Below, piece by piece: positions 18,808 through 28,297 of a stretch of 36,619 bases of DNA. The DNA comes from an uncultured Acetobacteraceae bacterium (lineage in GTDB: Bacteria; Pseudomonadota; Alphaproteobacteria; Acetobacterales; Acetobacteraceae), in the NCBI GenBank assembly GCA_964247405.1, contig CAXTUQ010000001.1:3866-40484 (forward strand), written 5' to 3'. Within the stretch, counting starts at the first letter, position 1; each line of letters starts with the position of its first letter. Below the pieces are notes generated by a model. It searched no databases. It saw nothing but the letters and a program-made list of their open reading frames with translations, and was not told where the DNA came from. A program made the position numbers and the translations under genes.

Positions 18808-18838
18808 TTGACATGTCAGCATCGGGCGAGGGTATTCT
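18808..18838 (+). promoter_or_regulatory. Putative promoter with overlapping palindromic operator
   Basis: TTGACA at 18808-18813 overlaps the perfect palindrome TGACATGTCA (18809-18818). TATTCT at 18833-18838 gives a long 19-nt spacer. Directly upstream of the GntR gene. Confidence 0.5.
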
Positions 18839-18860
18839 GCAGCTGGAGGGAGGAACGGCG

Positions 18861-19559
18861 ATGACGCACACTGCAGTGTCCGCAGAGACGGACCTCGGCG
18901 CGACCCGGCGCACGCGCTCCTTTCTCAAGGACGAAGCCTACGACACCATACGCGACTACCTCCTCGGCGAGGAGGACGGCGGGATGCTGTCCGAGCGCAT
19001 CCTTGCCGCCCGCCTCGGCCTTGGCCTCGGTCCCCTGCGCTCCGCCCTCGAGCGCTTGCGCGCCGAAGGGCTGATCGCGGTTGCCCCCAACAGCGGCCTG
19101 CGCCTGCCGGAGATCACCGCGCGCGAGATCATCGATTTCTACGAGATGCGCATGGTCGTGGAGTGCCACATCGCCGCCCACCTCGCCGGCCGCTTGTCGG
19201 ACGAGCAATCCGCGCAGATCGAACGGGTCCTGACCGAGCAGGAGCATGCCGCGCGCGTCCGCGACACGATCCGCTATCACCGCCTCGACCTCGACTTCCA
19301 CACCTCGCTCACCGAATGCCACGGCAACCCGGAGATGGTGCGCGCCTTGGGGCAACTGCGGAACAAGATGCACCGCCTGTCGCGGCGCCTGCACCGGACG
19401 CACCCCGAACGCCTGGCCGTCAACGCCGCGCAGCACCGCGGCATCGTCGAGGCAATCCGCTCGGGCGACGCCGACGAGGCGCGCGGGCGCATGAGCACGC
19501 ATCTCGTCTGGGGCCGCGCCTTCACCCTCGACCCGGACGGCCGCCTGGCCAAGCCCTGA
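18861..19559 (+). CDS. GntR family transcriptional regulator (FCD domain)
   Basis: LSERILAARLGLGLGPLRSALERL winged helix; DLDFH and QHRGIVEAI FCD motifs; RBS GGAGG. Confidence 0.9.
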   Translation: MTHTAVSAETDLGATRRTRSFLKDEAYDTIRDYLLGEEDGGMLSERILAARLGLGLGPLRSALERLRAEGLIAVAPNSGLRLPEITAREIIDFYEMRMVVECHIAAHLAGRLSDEQSAQIERVLTEQEHAARVRDTIRYHRLDLDFHTSLTECHGNPEMVRALGQLRNKMHRLSRRLHRTHPERLAVNAAQHRGIVEAIRSGDADEARGRMSTHLVWGRAFTLDPDGRLAKP

Positions 19560-19588
19560 CGCAACGACAACCGAAACGGGAGGACACC

Positions 19589-20638
19589 ATGCAAAACAAG
19601 GACGGGCGTCGCTGGATGACGCGCAAGGACTTCCTGCTCGCCGGCGCCTTCGGCACCGCGGCCTTCCTCGCCGGCACGCGCGCCGTGCTCGCAGCCGAGC
19701 AGAAGCCCGTCCGCGTGGGCTTCATCCTGCCCAACTACGACCAGATCCGCTGGAAAAGCGGCGACCAGCCGGGCTTCGAGAGCGAGGCGCAGAAACTCGG
19801 GCTTAGAACCTTCGTGGTGGCGTCGCAGCAGTCGGAGACGGTGCAGGCGAGCCAGGTCGAGAATATGCTGACCCAGGGCGTGGACGCCATCGTGCTGCGC
19901 CCGGTCAACGCGGCGGCATCGACGTCGCTGGTGCGCAAGTGCAACCAGGCCGGGGTGCCGCTGATCGCCTACGACTCGCTGCCGCAGAAGGCGGACGTCG
20001 CCTGCTTCATCGGGCGCGACGCGATCGAGATGGGCAAGTCGATCGCCGAGGTGGCTGTCAAGGCGCATCCGAAGGGCAACTACATCCTCGCCCTCGGCGA
20101 CGAGGGCGTGAACGTCGCGCAGGAGGAGAAGCGCGGCTACTACGCGGTGCTGAAGCCCTATCTCGACTCCGGCGCGATCAAGGTCGTCTCCGAACAGTTC
20201 AACAAGAACTGGTCGACCGACTCCGCCCGCGCGCAGGTCGAAAACGCGCTGACCAAGAACAACAACGACGTTGTCGCCGTGGTCTGCGGCAACGATGGCA
20301 CCGCCTACGGCGCGATCCAGGCGCTGGGGGCGCAGGGGCTGGCCGGCAAGGTATGGGTCAACGGGGTGGACGCCGAACCGCGGGCGATGGAGCTAATCCG
20401 CGACGGGCAGATGGCGATCTCCAACTTCACCGACTATTGGCAGGGCGGGGTGGAGTCGGCGAAGGCGGCGGTGACGCTGGCCAAGGGCGGCAAGATCGAC
20501 ACCGGCGCCGTTGCCAGCAACGGGCTCAAGGACGTGCCCTGGATCAAGGTCGACTTCACCAACTTCTCGAAAGCCAACCTGGCCGAGATGGCTGCGAAGT
20601 ATCCGTGGTGGGTGGACCGCGCGAAGCTGAGGATCTGA
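19589..20638 (+). CDS. Sugar ABC substrate-binding protein, XylF-like
   Basis: RW..D, QVENMLTQGVD, IAYD, VENAL, NDGTAYGAIQAL, GVDAE; RBS GGGAGG. Confidence 0.92.
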   Translation: MQNKDGRRWMTRKDFLLAGAFGTAAFLAGTRAVLAAEQKPVRVGFILPNYDQIRWKSGDQPGFESEAQKLGLRTFVVASQQSETVQASQVENMLTQGVDAIVLRPVNAAASTSLVRKCNQAGVPLIAYDSLPQKADVACFIGRDAIEMGKSIAEVAVKAHPKGNYILALGDEGVNVAQEEKRGYYAVLKPYLDSGAIKVVSEQFNKNWSTDSARAQVENALTKNNNDVVAVVCGNDGTAYGAIQALGAQGLAGKVWVNGVDAEPRAMELIRDGQMAISNFTDYWQGGVESAKAAVTLAKGGKIDTGAVASNGLKDVPWIKVDFTNFSKANLAEMAAKYPWWVDRAKLRI

Positions 20639-20639
20639 C

Positions 20640-22193
20640 ATGGACGGCGCCGCCCCTCGGCCGCCGGCGGTCCGGCTCACCGGCATCGACAAGCGCTACG
20701 GCGGGGCGCACGCGCTCCGCGGCGTGTCGCTGACGGTCGAAAGCGGCGACGTGCATGCCGTCGCCGGCGAGAACGGCGCCGGCAAGTCGACGCTGATGAA
20801 GATCCTTTCCGGCGTGATCGGGGCCGACGAGTACGCCGGCAGCCTCGAGATCGACGGGGCAATGCGGCGTTTCTCCTCCATCCGCGATGCCGAGCGGCAT
20901 GGGGTGTTCCTGGTGCCGCAGGAACTGAACATCGTCCCCGAGCTGCGGGTCGGGGAGTACCTCTACCTCAACCGCGAGCCGCGGCGCTGGGGCATGGTCG
21001 ACACCGCCAAGCTCTGGCGCGACACGGCGCACTGGCTCGGCGTGTTCAAGCTGCACTGCTCGCCGCTGGCGCCAATGGGCGAGCTGTCCACCCATGAGCA
21101 GCAGCTCGTCAGCATCGGCCGGGCGATGACGCAAGGCGTGCGGGTACTGATCCTGGACGAGCCGACCGCGAGCCTGACAGAGCGGGAAACCGAGCTGCTG
21201 TTCGAGCGGATCGAGGATCTGCACCGGCATGGCGTGACGACGCTCTACATCTCGCATCGGCTGCACGAGTTCGAGCGGATCGCCGATGCGGTGACGGTGA
21301 TGCGCGACGGGTCGGTGGCGGACCGGTTCCGGATGGCCGGGGCGACGGAGGTGCCGCGCCGGGTCATCCGCGCGATGGTGGGGCGCGAGCTTTCGGACAT
21401 GTATCCCAAGCGCCCGGCCAAGCCCGGCCCGGCGACGCTCGGCGTCCGCGCCTGGTCCGTCGCGAGCGCGCGGCCGGGCCGCCCGCCGGTGGTGGACGGC
21501 GTCGACCTGGACCTGCGCGCGGGCGAGGTGGTCGGGCTGTTCGGCCTGCTCGGCTCGGGGGCGTTCGACTTCGCGCGCTCGCTGTTCGGCACCGATACGC
21601 GCCGGGCGAGCGGCAGCATGGCCCTGCGCGGCCAGACGGTCCGCATCCGCAGCCCGGAGGAGGCGATCGCCCATGGCATCGCCTACCTGCCGGCCGAGCG
21701 CAAGCGCGACGGGCTGATCCTGGACCACGCGATTGAAACCAACATGACGCTTGCCGCGCTGTCCCGGCTGACGCGGTGGGGCGCGGTCGACCGCCGGTCG
21801 GAGCTGTCGGCGGTGCAGCGCTACATGCGCAATCTGCGGATCAAGAGCGGCGGGACCGAGCAGGCCATCGGCCAGCTTTCCGGTGGCAACCAGCAAAAGG
21901 TCGTCGCGGCCAAATGGTTGCTGACGGAGCCGGAGGTGTTCCTGCTTGAGGAGCCGACCCGGGGCGTCGATGTCGGCGCGCGCATCGACTTCTACGAACT
22001 GATCAACGAGCTGGCCGCCGCGGGCAAGGCGATCCTGCTGGTGTCGACGGACCTGCCGGAGGTGCTCGGCATGGCCGACCGCGTGTTGGTGATGTTTGAG
22101 GGGCGGCTGGTCAACGAGTGGGCGCGCGGGATCGCGACCGAGGAGGACGTGATGATCTACGCGGCCGGCGAGCATGGCGAGGTGGCGGCGTGA
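20640..22193 (+). CDS. Sugar ABC ATP-binding protein, XylG-like
   Basis: GENGAGKST, ILDEPT, LSGGNQQK, EEPTRGVDVG. Confidence 0.95.
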   Translation: MDGAAPRPPAVRLTGIDKRYGGAHALRGVSLTVESGDVHAVAGENGAGKSTLMKILSGVIGADEYAGSLEIDGAMRRFSSIRDAERHGVFLVPQELNIVPELRVGEYLYLNREPRRWGMVDTAKLWRDTAHWLGVFKLHCSPLAPMGELSTHEQQLVSIGRAMTQGVRVLILDEPTASLTERETELLFERIEDLHRHGVTTLYISHRLHEFERIADAVTVMRDGSVADRFRMAGATEVPRRVIRAMVGRELSDMYPKRPAKPGPATLGVRAWSVASARPGRPPVVDGVDLDLRAGEVVGLFGLLGSGAFDFARSLFGTDTRRASGSMALRGQTVRIRSPEEAIAHGIAYLPAERKRDGLILDHAIETNMTLAALSRLTRWGAVDRRSELSAVQRYMRNLRIKSGGTEQAIGQLSGGNQQKVVAAKWLLTEPEVFLLEEPTRGVDVGARIDFYELINELAAAGKAILLVSTDLPEVLGMADRVLVMFEGRLVNEWARGIATEEDVMIYAAGEHGEVAA

Positions 22194-23374
22194 ACGAGAT
22201 GCGCAGCCTGCCGGGCGCAGTGGCGCCGGCCCGGCCGCTCGCCGGGTTGCTGGCGCCAGGGCGCCTGAAGCTGCTGCCGATGATCGCCGTGCTGCTGGTG
22301 GTGTGGGCGGTGCTGCAGGGGCTGACCGGCGGGCTGTTCCTCAGCGCGCGCAACCTGACCAACCTCAGCGGCCAGGTGGCGATCACGGCCATGCTGACGG
22401 CCGGCGCCGTGGTTGTCATGGTGCCGGGCTTCATCGACCTCTCGCTCGGCGCCACGGTGGCGGCGTCTGCGGTGGTGGCGGCGCTGGTCAGCACCGATCT
22501 CGGCTTCGGCTTCTGGCCGACGGTGGCGGCCACGATGGGCTTCGGCCTGCTGATCGGGGCGTGGCACGCGTTCTGGATCGCGTGGATGCGGGTGCCGGCC
22601 TTCATCGTGACGCTGGCAAGCCTGCTCGCGATCCGCGGCCTCTCGCTTGTCATCACTAATGCCGAGACGATCCCGCCGGACCCGTCCTTGCTGGCGATCT
22701 CCGATGCGTCGCTGTCGCCGACGCTCAGCATTGTCGTGCTGGTGCTGTTCTGGGCTGCATTCTCGCTGCTGCAGGTGCGGGAGTATCGGGCGCAGGCGGC
22801 GGCCGGGTTGCGGCCGTCGCTCGGCGGCGTGGTCGGGCTGCCGGTCGTCTCGGTCGGCGTGGTGGCGCTCGGCATGATCGTCATGTCGGTGAGCTATCGG
22901 GGCCTGCCGCTGCCGGTGACGCTGGTGCTGGCGATCATCGCCATCACCGGCACGGTTTTGCGCTACACCGCGTTCGGGCGGCGGCTCTATGCGATCGGCG
23001 GCAACCGGCAGGCGGCGTTGCTGGCCGGCATCAACATCCGCAAGCACGTCTCGTTCGTGTTCGCCGGCATGGGACTGCTCTATGGATTGGCCGGGCTGGT
23101 GCTGGTGGCGCGGCTGGACAGCGCGCCGCCGAATGCGGAGCAGGGGCTGGAGCTGAACGTGATCGCCGCGGCGGTGATTGGCGGCACCAGCCTGATGGGC
23201 GGGCGCGGCACGGTGGCCGGAGCCGCGCTGGGCGCGCTGTTGATGGAAAGCCTGTCCAACGGAATGAGCCTCATGAACCTGGCCTCGGCCTACCAGTCGA
23301 TCACGGTCGGGCTGGTGCTGCTGTTCGCCGTTTATGCGGACCTGCGCGGCAAGGGTCGGAGCGCCACGGAATGA
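22190..23374 (+). CDS. Sugar ABC permease, XylH-like
   Basis: [43 protein letters not shown]; GTGA overlap with the upstream stop. Confidence 0.92.
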   Translation: MNEMRSLPGAVAPARPLAGLLAPGRLKLLPMIAVLLVVWAVLQGLTGGLFLSARNLTNLSGQVAITAMLTAGAVVVMVPGFIDLSLGATVAASAVVAALVSTDLGFGFWPTVAATMGFGLLIGAWHAFWIAWMRVPAFIVTLASLLAIRGLSLVITNAETIPPDPSLLAISDASLSPTLSIVVLVLFWAAFSLLQVREYRAQAAAGLRPSLGGVVGLPVVSVGVVALGMIVMSVSYRGLPLPVTLVLAIIAITGTVLRYTAFGRRLYAIGGNRQAALLAGINIRKHVSFVFAGMGLLYGLAGLVLVARLDSAPPNAEQGLELNVIAAAVIGGTSLMGGRGTVAGAALGALLMESLSNGMSLMNLASAYQSITVGLVLLFAVYADLRGKGRSATE

Positions 23375-23397
23375 AGAACGGAACGGGAGGAGAAACG

Positions 23398-24420
23398 ATG
23401 ACGGACGGAATGACGCGGCAACAGGTGCTGCGCGGGGCGGCGGCCGGACTTTTGGCGGCGCTGGCCGGGTTCAAAGCGAGCCGCGCGGCGGACAAGCGGC
23501 TCAAGGTCGGGCTGATCATGCCGAACTACGACCAGCTCCGCTGGAAGAACGCGGACCAGGCATTCTTCGAGAAGAAGGCCAAGGAGCTGGGCATCGACGT
23601 GCTGGCGCAGGCATCCAACGCCTCCGAGGCGCTGCAATCCAGCCAGGTCGAGAACATGCTCACCCAGGGCGTCGACGTCCTTGTGCTCACCCCGGTCAAC
23701 GCCAACGCCGCCGTCGCGCTGGTCCGCAAGGCCAAGCAGGCCAACGTCCCGGTCATCAACTACAATTTCCTCATCAACAAGGGTGACGTCGCCTGCTTCC
23801 TCGGCCGCGACGCCACCGAGATGGGCGAGAAGATTGCCCAGGCCGCGATCGCCGCGCACCCAAAGGGCAACTACGTCATCGCCGCCGGCGAGGAGAGCAC
23901 CAGCGTCGCCGTCGAGACCCGGCGCGGCTTCCTCAACGTGCTCAAGCCCCTCATGGACCGCAGCGACATCAAGCTCGTTTCCGACCAGTTCAACAAGAAC
24001 TGGTCCACCGACACCGCCCGTGCCCAGGTCGAGAACGCGCTGACCAAGAACAACAACGACATCCAGGTCGTGCTGTGCGGCAACGATGGCACTGCCTACG
24101 GCGCGATCCAGGCCCTGCAGGCGCAAGGGCTGGGCGGCAAGGTGTTCGTCACCGGCGTGGACGCCGAGCCCCGCGCCCAGGAGCTCATCAAGCAGGGGCT
24201 GATGGCGCTCTCCAATTTCACCGCTTTCGACCAGATGGGGGAGAAGGCGGCCGAAGCCGCCGCCGCGGTCGGCGCCGGCAAGCCCATCCAGGCCAACAGC
24301 ACCGTCAACAACGGCCTTAAGCAGATCCCGTGGATCAAGATCCTCAACTTCAACGTCACCAAGGAGAACCTCGAGAAATCCGCCGAGGAGTTCCCCTGGT
24401 GGTTCAAGGCGAGGGCCTGA
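23398..24420 (+). CDS. Second XylF-like substrate-binding protein, paralog of 19589-20638
   Basis: Shares PNYDQ.RWK, QFNKNWSTD, ARAQVENALTKNNND and CGNDGTAYGAIQAL with 19589-20638; RBS GGGAGG. Confidence 0.92.
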   Translation: MTDGMTRQQVLRGAAAGLLAALAGFKASRAADKRLKVGLIMPNYDQLRWKNADQAFFEKKAKELGIDVLAQASNASEALQSSQVENMLTQGVDVLVLTPVNANAAVALVRKAKQANVPVINYNFLINKGDVACFLGRDATEMGEKIAQAAIAAHPKGNYVIAAGEESTSVAVETRRGFLNVLKPLMDRSDIKLVSDQFNKNWSTDTARAQVENALTKNNNDIQVVLCGNDGTAYGAIQALQAQGLGGKVFVTGVDAEPRAQELIKQGLMALSNFTAFDQMGEKAAEAAAAVGAGKPIQANSTVNNGLKQIPWIKILNFNVTKENLEKSAEEFPWWFKARA

Positions 24421-24425
24421 CGCCC

Positions 24426-25166
24426 ATGCCCGACGGCCTCGCTACCCAGATCGGCACCATGCTGCGCGGCATGCGCGTCGTGGACCTTTCGCCCACGCTC
24501 GAGCGCGGCATCCCCAACTGGCCCATGCACCCGCCGCTCGTCATCGATAAGGCCCGCGACAAGGAGCGCGACGGCTACTACTGCCAGCTGCTCATGATCT
24601 CTGAGCACACCGGCACCCATGTCGATGCCCCGACCCACTTCCATCCGCACATGACGGACAAGTCCATCGACCTGTTCCCGGCCGACAACCTCATCGCCCC
24701 GGCCGTTCTCTACGACTTCGCCGGCAAGCAACTCAAGCCCGGCGACCTCGTCACGCTCGACATGGTGCGCGCCCGCGAGGCCGAAACAGGCGTGCAGGTC
24801 GGCCCGGGCGAGATCGCGCTGGTCAACTTCGGCTGGATGCAGCGCTATTGGCGCACGGACGTGCAGAGCACCTGGTTCGTCAAGAACGCGCCCGGCATCC
24901 GCGAGGACGCGATTATCTACTTCAAGGAGCGTGGCATCCGCGCCATCGGCTGCGACACGGTCGCCTGCGACATGGCGGTGGTGGACGGCCGGGGGCTGGA
25001 GACCACCGGGCACACCCATCACTGGCTGCCCAACGGCATCCTCATCATCGAGATGCTCACCAACCTCGACAAGCTTTCGCCGCGCAGCCTCTTCGTCGCC
25101 ACCCCTCTCAAGATAAAAGAAGGCTCCGGCTCGCCCATTCGCCCGCTCGCCTTCTGCGAACAGTGA
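24426..25166 (+). CDS. Cyclase family metal-dependent hydrolase (kynurenine formamidase-like)
   Basis: VDLS, EHTGTHVDAP.HF, IIEML, GSGSPIRPLA. Confidence 0.9.
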   Translation: MPDGLATQIGTMLRGMRVVDLSPTLERGIPNWPMHPPLVIDKARDKERDGYYCQLLMISEHTGTHVDAPTHFHPHMTDKSIDLFPADNLIAPAVLYDFAGKQLKPGDLVTLDMVRAREAETGVQVGPGEIALVNFGWMQRYWRTDVQSTWFVKNAPGIREDAIIYFKERGIRAIGCDTVACDMAVVDGRGLETTGHTHHWLPNGILIIEMLTNLDKLSPRSLFVATPLKIKEGSGSPIRPLAFCEQ

Positions 25167-25179
25167 ACGAGGCCAAGCC

Positions 25180-26025
25180 ATGACCAGCCTGCTCGCCCCT
25201 GCCACAGCTGCCTCGCCCGAGATCCCACCGGGCTACGGTCGGCTCCGCGACCGCGTCGCCATCGTGTTCGGTGCGGGCAGCGTCGGCGAGGGCTGGGGCA
25301 ACGGCAAGGCTGCCGCGGTCGCCTACGCGCGGGAGGGTGCGCACGTGATCGCGGTCGATCGGGAGCAGGGCGCGGCCGAGGCGACCGTTGCTATCGTGGA
25401 CGAGCTCCAGGGCCGCGCCCGTGCCTACGCGGCCGATGTCACCAGTTCGGACAGCATCAAGGCCGTGGTGGACGACGTCCTGGCCCGACATGGCCGCATC
25501 GACATCCTGCACAACAACGTCGGCACCACCATCATGGGCGGCCCCGTGGAGCTCACCGAGGCGCAGTGGGACACGATGTTCGACGTGAACCTGAAAAGCG
25601 CCTTCCTGACCTGCAAGCACGTCCTGCCGGCGATGCTGCGCCAGGGAAGGGGCGTGATCACCAACATTTCGTCGGTCGCCGCGATCCGCTACACCGGCTA
25701 TCCCTATTCCGCGTACTACGGCGCCAAGGCGGGCGTGAACCAATTCACCGTCGGCCTCGCCGTCGAATACGCGCGGCACGGCATCCGCGCCAACGCCATC
25801 ATGCCTGGGCTGATGAACACCCCGCTGATCTACCAGCAGATTAGCGGCCAATACGCCGACGCCGCCGCCATGGCCAAGGCGCGCGACGAAGCCTGCCCGA
25901 TGGGCAGGATGGGCACGGGGTGGGACATCGCGAAAGCGGCCGTGTTCCTCGCCTCCGACGAGGCGGCCTACATCACCGGCGTCTGCCTGCCGGTCGATGG
26001 CGGCCTGACCTGCCGGGCCGCCTGA
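25180..26025 (+). CDS. SDR family oxidoreductase
   Basis: GAGS..GWGNG, HNNVG, YYGAK, LPVDGG. Confidence 0.92.
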   Translation: MTSLLAPATAASPEIPPGYGRLRDRVAIVFGAGSVGEGWGNGKAAAVAYAREGAHVIAVDREQGAAEATVAIVDELQGRARAYAADVTSSDSIKAVVDDVLARHGRIDILHNNVGTTIMGGPVELTEAQWDTMFDVNLKSAFLTCKHVLPAMLRQGRGVITNISSVAAIRYTGYPYSAYYGAKAGVNQFTVGLAVEYARHGIRANAIMPGLMNTPLIYQQISGQYADAAAMAKARDEACPMGRMGTGWDIAKAAVFLASDEAAYITGVCLPVDGGLTCRAA

Positions 26026-27281
26026 TGCGGCGTGACTTCACTGCGACCTATCTCGTCGAGAGCTTCGAGCCACTGGAAAAGGCGGCGGAGGTGATCGCCG
26101 GCGAGCAATCCTGCGGCACCTTCGTTGCCCTGCCTGGCGAGACGGCCGATTTGAAAGAGCGCGCCCGCGCCCGCGTGGCCGGCATCGAGATGCTGGCCGA
26201 CGCGTCCGAGCCCTCGCTGCCGAATGCCTATGCCGAGCGCAAGGGGGTGCGCGGGCCGTTCCACCGTGGGATCGTCACCGTCAGCTTCCCGATCCACAAC
26301 GTCGGGCCGAACCTGCCGAACCTCCTTGCGACCATCGCCGGCAACTTGTTCGAGCTGGGCGAGCTGACCGGGCTGCGCGTGCTGGACCTCGACCTCCCAG
26401 AGGAGTACGCGGCGCAGTTCCCGGGGCCGGCCTTCGGCGTCGCCGGCACGCGCAAGGCGACGGGCGTGGCCGCCGGCCCGATGGTTGGGACGATCATCAA
26501 GCCGTCCATCGGTCTGTCGCCGGAGGAAACGGCGGCGCTGGTGGACACGCTCTGCACCGCCGATATCGATTTCATCAAGGACGACGAGCTGATAGGCGAT
26601 CCGCCTTATGCCCCGCTCGAGGCGCGGGTGAAGGCGGTCATGGCGGTCGTCAACCGCCATGCGGACCGTCTCGGCCGCAAGCCGATGGTGGCGTTCAACA
26701 TCTCCGACGACGTCGACGCGATGCGGCGGCACCACGACCTGGTCGTGCGCGAGGGCGGCACCTGCGTCATGGCCAGCGTCAACTGGACGGGTCCCGCCGC
26801 CATCACGGCTCTGCGCCGCCATGCCAGCGTGCCGATCCATGGCCACCGCAACGGCTTCGGCATGATGAACCGGGCGCCGTCGCTCGGGATGGATTTCCGC
26901 ATGTACCAGAAGCTGTGGCGGCTGGCGGGAGTGGACCAGCTCCATGTGAACGGGCTGCGGAGCAAGTTCTGGGAAGGCGATCAGAGCGTCGTTGCGTCCG
27001 CCCGGGCGTGCCTGTCGCCGTTTGCGGGCACGGCGCCGATCGTGCCGGTGTTCTCCTCCGGGCAGACCGCGTCGCAGGCGCCGGACACCTTCGCCGCGCT
27101 TGGCAGCACGGACCTGCTGTATCTGGCCGGGGGTGGCATCATCGGCCACCCGTCCGGCCCGGCGGCCGGGGTGCGCAGCCTGCGCGAAGCATGGCAGGCG
27201 GCGGAGGAGGGCGTTCCGCTGCCGCGCTACGCCGAAAGCCATCCGGCGCTGCGCGAGGCGCTGGCGGCGTTCGCCAAGTGA
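26025..27281 (+). CDS. RuBisCO-like protein (form IV), 3-oxo-isoapionate-4-phosphate transcarboxylase/hydrolase or decarboxylase clade (OiaT/OiaX)
   Basis: EQSCGTF, GTIIKP, DFIKDDE, HGHRNG, FSSGQ, GGGIIGHP; no small subunit gene; followed by a kinase remnant. Confidence 0.88.
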   Translation: MRRDFTATYLVESFEPLEKAAEVIAGEQSCGTFVALPGETADLKERARARVAGIEMLADASEPSLPNAYAERKGVRGPFHRGIVTVSFPIHNVGPNLPNLLATIAGNLFELGELTGLRVLDLDLPEEYAAQFPGPAFGVAGTRKATGVAAGPMVGTIIKPSIGLSPEETAALVDTLCTADIDFIKDDELIGDPPYAPLEARVKAVMAVVNRHADRLGRKPMVAFNISDDVDAMRRHHDLVVREGGTCVMASVNWTGPAAITALRRHASVPIHGHRNGFGMMNRAPSLGMDFRMYQKLWRLAGVDQLHVNGLRSKFWEGDQSVVASARACLSPFAGTAPIVPVFSSGQTASQAPDTFAALGSTDLLYLAGGGIIGHPSGPAAGVRSLREAWQAAEEGVPLPRYAESHPALREALAAFAK

Positions 27282-27504
27282 GCGTCGCGCCGCTGATCGC
27301 CTTCTATGGCGACGATTTCACTGTTCGCCCGCCACAACGTGGACGTCACCGTGCGCCGGACCGACCGGCACCCGACCATGGGCGCGCTGCGCCGGGCAGC
27401 GACTTCGACGGGCGGGAGATGGTGCTCAAGGGCAGGCGGGCGGGCCCGATTTCATCCTCCACGCGCGCGGTGGCCGAGTTGCACAAGAAAGGATCCTGGC
27501 TTGA
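27278..27504 (+). pseudogene. Deletion-collapsed four-carbon acid sugar kinase (oiaK-like) remnant
   Basis: Three colinear pieces match the intact kinase at 9029: IAFYGDDFT; LFAR..VRRTDRHPTM (versus LFAT..IYRIDRHPVM); FDGREMVLKG..GGPDF (versus FDGLELALKGGQMGGENF). GTGA overlap with the RLP stop. Confidence 0.85.
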
Positions 27505-28295
27505 GACTTGAAGGCAAGATTGCGCTCATCACCGGAGCGGCGCGCGGCATTGGGGCGGCGATCGCGCAGGCTATGGCTCGTGAAGGAGCGCGGGTTATCG
27601 TCTCCGATCGCGACGGGGCCGAGGCGACGAACACCTCACAGGCGATCGGCTTGTCGGCGGTGGCGATCAATGCCGACGTCGCCGACCCGGAACAAATCGA
27701 CGCGTTGTTCGAGAGGGCGGTCGCCCAACTCGGTCGTGTGGACATCCTGGTCAACAATGCCGGCATCGGCGCGCCTCGCCTGGTGATCGACGTAACGCTT
27801 GAGGAATGGGAGCGGATCATCCGCATCAACCTGACCGGCGCGATGCTGTGCAGCCAGCGGTTCGCCCGGCACGCGATCGCGCGCGGTGGCGGGGGCAGCA
27901 TCGTCAACATCGTCTCGCTCTCCGGCCAGAAGGGCGGGGTCGGCCGCTCGGCCTATGGCGCGTCCAAGGCGGGCCTGGAGGTGCTGAACAAGATCATGGC
28001 AGTGGAGTTCGCCGACCATGGCATCACCGTGAACGCCATCGCGCCCGGCCCGATCGCGACCGAGACGGGCAAGGCGATGCACACGCGGGAAACGGTGGAG
28101 GCGTATCATCGGCTGATCCCGCAGCGCCGCTACGGCGAGCCGGCCGATATCGGCGCGGCGGCGGTGTTCCTGGCCTCGCCGGAAGCCGGCTACATCACGG
28201 GACACACGTTGAACGTCGATGGCGGCTTCCTGGCCGCCGGGCTGATGTTTCCGTTCGATCCCACCAAGAACAAGCCGATCGGCAGCGGCGGCTGA
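27501..28295 (+). CDS. SDR family oxidoreductase
   Basis: RBS AAAGGA and TTG 27501; TGAARGIG, NNAG, YGASK, NVDGG. Confidence 0.92.
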   Translation: MRLEGKIALITGAARGIGAAIAQAMAREGARVIVSDRDGAEATNTSQAIGLSAVAINADVADPEQIDALFERAVAQLGRVDILVNNAGIGAPRLVIDVTLEEWERIIRINLTGAMLCSQRFARHAIARGGGGSIVNIVSLSGQKGGVGRSAYGASKAGLEVLNKIMAVEFADHGITVNAIAPGPIATETGKAMHTRETVEAYHRLIPQRRYGEPADIGAAAVFLASPEAGYITGHTLNVDGGFLAAGLMFPFDPTKNKPIGSGG

Positions 28296-28297
28296 CG

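Noticed and set aside
18177-18860. N-terminal extension making a 460-aa GntR fusion
   Set aside because: The extension is antisense IS debris. A strong RBS and promoter-like site support the start at 18861.
19840-24130. Repeated DNA blocks as a repeat array or CRISPR
   Set aside because: They are conserved coding segments of the two paralogous binding proteins. No regularly spaced repeats or cas genes occur in the window.
26025-27281. True CO2-fixing RuBisCO
   Set aside because: No small subunit, phosphoribulokinase or other cbb genes. The motifs and kinase linkage fit a form IV RLP.
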